A model generated the notes under the pieces. That model made no database searches, had not been told where the DNA came from, and was given only the letters and a program-made list of their open reading frames with translations. This document shows positions 59,288 through 64,000 of a DNA stretch of 64,000 bases, one piece after another. The stretch comes from Pocillopora damicornis. Its lineage: Eukaryota. Position 1 is the stretch's first letter; the number at the start of each line of letters is the position of its first letter. A program made the translations under genes and the position numbers. The stretch is from the NCBI RefSeq assembly GCF_003704095.1, contig NW_020846568.1, positions 62,001-126,000 on the forward strand. Direction: 5' to 3'.

Positions 59288-61909
59288 ATTTATTGTGTAT
59301 ATATTTCATCAGAAGCTATGGATAATGCACAGAAAGGTTTGGGAAGAGATTACAAACCGTGTCTATCAGTTACGATTTACTTCCCTTCCCTGATTGACTT
59401 CCCCCCCTCCCCTCCCTCGACTTGCCTTCCCCCGCTTTAACTCTTTAACAAAGTTGTCATTCTCCTTACTGTCAACCTTACAGTTCTTATAATGTTAGAT
59501 CAGAGAATTTAGTATTCGATCAACGAATTATCCCCAACTTGATATTTTTTTATTCTCATCACTTATCTGCTTGATATTGTATTGATATTGTATTATTTGT
59601 TTTATATTTTTATTTTCCTCCGCTTCAGCTTTTTAATATATGTGTACTATAGATTGTATATAGCGAGAGATTATAAATAATTCTTGTAGGTAGTTAATAA
59701 GTTATCTATGAAAAATAAAAAAAAGTTGTCTTTATTCCAAATGATCGGAGATCACTGAAATTAAATCAAAATTGTAATCTTGTATCTGAACCAACTTTTG
59801 AAATCTCAAATCTTATTTATTTGTTTGCGTAATTTCTTACCGCGAGTCATCTTTTACACAGAAAATGACGACGTGCAACATAAGAAGCTTCGCTTCTTAA
59901 TGCAATTTCTCTTGAATTCGCTTCTTGTCGTAGTGACGCTGGAATTTTGTAACGTTTTCGAAATGACCACGAAAAACTCAATGGCTCTTCTCTAAAAGGT
60001 GAAAAAGTGCTTTACGTGAACCCTTCTAACTTTCAAAAATGGTGATCTTAATGTACCTCGCCCTCGGTGGGTTTAGAATATATACAAGGTCAATTTTCAG
60101 CACCCTTCTCCTTTGAACGGGATGTTAACCTTTCCTAGTGCTATTTTTCCATTGCTCCAGAACGAACCATCGCTGAAATTAGGGTGAAAAAGGGACATAG
60201 ATATAAGTAATCTGGGTGGTTACATTAGAATATGAACAATCCTCCGCTTGCGAGTTCGAATAATCATCAAACAGACGCTGTTTTACGTTCACTTTAATCT
60301 GTGTGAAGTACACGAGACAGCATTCTTGAAAACGAGACTTTGACGTGTAACTGACGACATTCTTATCTACAGAAAAATTTATCATAAGATGAATTTGTAG
60401 GTTTTTTCCTCGCCAAGATTTTAATGACTAGCAACACCTAAACTTGCTCGATAAATTTTTTTTTTCTACCCTACTCACGACGTGCATTTTAAGACAGTAT
60501 TTGTTTCTGCAATCAAGGCTTTCACCTATTGTTTGAAATCGTAATCCTACTACTGAAAACTGTCATTTCTGCCGCGCTGCCTCGCAAGTCAAGAAGGCTT
60601 CCAAAACCATAATAAAGTCAGCTTAATCGAAATCCCTTACGGCAAACCCCACACGTAAATGATGGACTTTGAAAACTTAAGATTGAATTGAGAACTTAAA
60701 GCCTTATATTCAAAACGTAACAATTTGCTTAACTCCGGCCTTATAACACTAATTTGCCGACGGCACCTCTTACCAGCCTTTTTGAATCAATTTGAGATGA
60801 ATCGCTAGATCCGTTATGTAAGCTCTAAATTTTGAAGAAATGTTTAAAGCTTGTTCCTTCATACTTTTCCTGAAACATCTTCACTGAAGGTTTAAGTCTT
60901 CACTGCCCCTCTACATTTTGTTTGACAGTCGAGCGAACACGAGCTGAAACTACAACAAAGCCGTACAAATGTCAACTTGGGGAAAAGGCTTCCTCTCACT
61001 CATCAAAACTGGCGCGAAATAGCGATGACGTAGCGGCAACTCATTGGCGTGATACCGCATACGCGCAAGATCATGTTTTGAGCTCTGTTTGAGGTGCCAA
61101 ATACTTATACTTATACTCACTTATACTAAGCTACCTATAAAATACTTACTCGATGAATAGTCTTCATGGAGAACGCGTTGTGTTCTATTTATCTTAAAGC
61201 ATTTTCAATTCGCTCACGAGTCACGACGCCGGCAGCAGTGACAAGTATGTATACATGTTTGTTCTATTTTAAAAATCGTTTGTTGAGTGTATTGTGAGAT
61301 CCAATGTTTTGTGGAATCCAAATTTCCCCTCAAGACGACAGACAGAAGGACAAAAAAATGTTCGGTTCAAATAAGTCTATTTCGGACTTTTATCATCTTT
61401 TATCATCCACAGTCATTAAGTGACGCCGGAAACAATCTTCACCAACCTTTGGCTTCCACTGAAACGCAAGCATGTGAATTTTCCGTGAACACATTTCCCC
61501 TTGAGAAGACTTAACGCTCTTTGGGAGAGCAATACCGGAAGGCTTTCTAATCGTATTTACATGGGTCGATGCATCTCAAGAACACCTTTTTTATTTTAAA
61601 AGTTAAAAAAAAAAAACATAACAAAAGAAACGATTACTAAAAGTCTTTGTCAAAAAATATCTTTCTCCTTCAAAGTTTGACTGACAAGCCATTCCCATGC
61701 ATAGCATGAGATTACCCTTTAGATAATTGTTCAACAAAAGTTACTCTCTTATCGAGAACTAATTTTATCGGGTTAAGATGAGCAATGGTTTGCATGTATT
61801 TTTTACTATTTCTTTCAAATTACTGTCGTTTTGAGTGTCATTTTCATTAAACCGAGATGGAACTGTTTCAGTTACTGAACACCTTGAAATGGTATCCATA
61901 CCTTTACAA

Positions 61910-62009
61910 NNNNNNNNNNNNNNNNNNNNNNNNNNNNNNNNNNNNNNNNNNNNNNNNNNNNNNNNNNNNNNNNNNNNNNNNNNNNNNNNNNNNNNNNNNN
62001 NNNNNNNNN
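61910..62009. other. Assembly gap (100 N)
   Basis: Run of N. Confidence 1.
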
Positions 62010-62484
62010 AATACAGTAGGCCTTAGTGTGAACTTTTCACCTAAAGTTATACCGAATATCTCCTAAACTTGACCCTAGATCACTAAATGTTTCCATACAG
62101 TTCTTGCTCACCATAATCTTGATCTTGCTCACCATAATTCAGTGAGATTATTTTGTTGTTACTTCACCGCCCAGCGCTAACGTAGCAATGAAAGGATCGC
62201 CCTAAGAAGTTTCTTGTCCATTCTTGCTCTCATTCAACTGGTGAACTTGACATTTAAGGAAAAATCTTGAGAGGGCACACCTTCAGAACGTCCGTAATTT
62301 CCTTCTCCACCCTTCGTTCAAGGACTGCAGCTTTAAATCGCGACGACAGTATGTCTGTTACGGCTGTAATCTACCGTGACCTCCTTTCACATTAAGTAAC
62401 AAGCAGGAAAATGATTACGAAAACTAGTTGATTATTTGATTAAGCTAGCCCTACATCTGAAGTAATTAACCGTCGCCATTCCTC

Positions 62485-63257
62485 CTAAGGTCTCCATTTA
62501 ACGTTCCCAACACCGTGGAATTGTCTTTTAAGTGCTTGGGGGTCCGCCCAGTCTGAGTTAAGGTAACTGTCGTCTTCATCTGTTTCAAGTTTCTATAAGA
62601 AAAAAAATGGACTTGTAAATAAATAAAAATGAATGTATGTATTGTATATCAATGACAGAGCTTGACCATTGCCTTCCTGCTTAACATTACCACTCATATT
62701 CTCCTCACTGTTCTCTTTACAATTCCTTTGCTACTGACAAGGGGAATTTTTTTGGAAATCAGGTGCTTCTTAAATTGGTAATTATTTCCTTTATCCTCAT
62801 CACGTTCATTTCAAATTCAAAAGTAGTACTCTAAGAAGAATTAAAAGCCAGTCACTCTAACATGACAAAATCTGGGTCTGCCAAATGTATGTGAGTAAGT
62901 GTTGTATGGTGAAAATTTCCAAAAAAAATCAGATCAGAGATAGTGGCAAGACACACTTTTAGTCCTATACAATAATTATGTATTAACATCTACTTTATTG
63001 ATCATTCATCAAAATTACAAGCTTTTGGCACAGAAAAATATTGTATACTGGGTTCCATAATTTCAAATTTTTTCTTCCTTTGTGTAAAGTGACTTAACTT
63101 AAGATTTAGTAAACACATAAAAGGAAATAAATTTTAAATGTACATGGATGTGAAAACTCACCTTAAGGTCTTCTTGTTTCCTGTAAGCATAAGCCATCAT
63201 TTGTTTCCGTTGCTCTTCACTGAACACCGGTTCTCTGCTGGGTGGCCCTTGTCCCTT
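62485..63257 (-). CDS. CFAP298: Cilia- and flagella-associated protein 298 (C21orf59 homologue), last two coding exons
   Basis: Exon 63257-63162 KGQGPPSREPVFSEEQRKQMMAYAYRKQEDLK and exon 62592-62485 KLETDEDDSYLNSDWADPQALKRQFHGVGNVKWRP* match the remembered CFAP298 C-terminus (GQGAPAREP...DDAYLNSPWAD..ALKRHFHGVKDIKWRP). Phase-0 GT-AG introns. Confidence 0.92.
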
Positions 63258-64000
63258 CTGTAATCAGGAAGAAAAAATTATACCACGCACTTTCACATGT
63301 ACTACATTCACTAACTTTATCGAGAAGTGTACATGTTCAAGAATTGAAAAAAGAAAGAAACAAAAAATCGTATAGAAAAAAAAAATGAAACAAACCAATT
63401 ATTGTAACATACAGTATAGTATCAAACCCATCAGATACATTTATTTACTAAATCATTTCAATGCAGTTCTTAATCAATTCGAAATTGGTATACTTAGTAA
63501 TTTTAATGAAAGGGTTCAACTCAGTCAACCCTGCACATAAGACCAGCTGGCCAACCTTCCCCCTCAAACCTACCACCACCCCCACCCCACACCAACACAC
63601 ACACACACACAAAGTCACACATCTCAGTGACTACCACCACAGCAGAAGATTCCTTAGCTTCAACTGCATTCACCCTGTGGGCAATTTAAGATATATTTTC
63701 TCATTGTTCACCTTTTGAAGTTTGGCAATAAGTTTTGTTTTCTCATTTTTCCCAATGAAGTCTTGCAGCTTTTTCCCTCTTTGAAGCTCCTTCCCAGCCC
63801 ACCACAATTGGGTAGTGCTTCCATCCAAGACTTGAAGGGAAGCCTGTTAAGGGGGAAGGTACATCACACATGTAAATTCAGTGGAAATGAGAGAGACAAG
63901 GGAATTATGTAATTTTTATTTACTAATTGATGAGAAATAAGAAAATCATACAATCCAAATAATGTCAATTTTGTCATCCACCCCATGTTTAAAAACACTG

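Overview
AT-rich, intron-containing animal genomic DNA with four assembly gaps. The repeat families and gene content point to a stony coral, possibly a pocilloporid (inference). Most ORFs in the supplied track are spurious, and the real genes had to be assembled by hand from GT-AG exons. In order: (1) the last exon of a putative amidated-peptide precursor on the + strand (...ILGLPRFFF-GKR, 73-212); (2) a minus-strand tandem array of five small two-exon paralogues (2.7-18.0 kb), each encoding signal peptide-TEA | variable 8-13 aa peptide | GKR (GLR in one) | conserved C-x6-C C-terminal peptide, a candidate secreted neuropeptide/hormone family that the ORF track largely misses; (3) three + strand SUEL (galactose/rhamnose-binding) lectin genes, two probably GPI-anchored with degenerate sugar-binding motifs and one EVA-1/EVA1C-like type I membrane protein; (4) an intronless TRIM-NHL gene whose 5' end lies in a gap; (5) an intronless class A GPCR with non-canonical activation motifs; (6) the last two coding exons of CFAP298. 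MITE- and SINE-like repeats are scattered throughout, including a hammerhead-ribozyme-bearing repeat.
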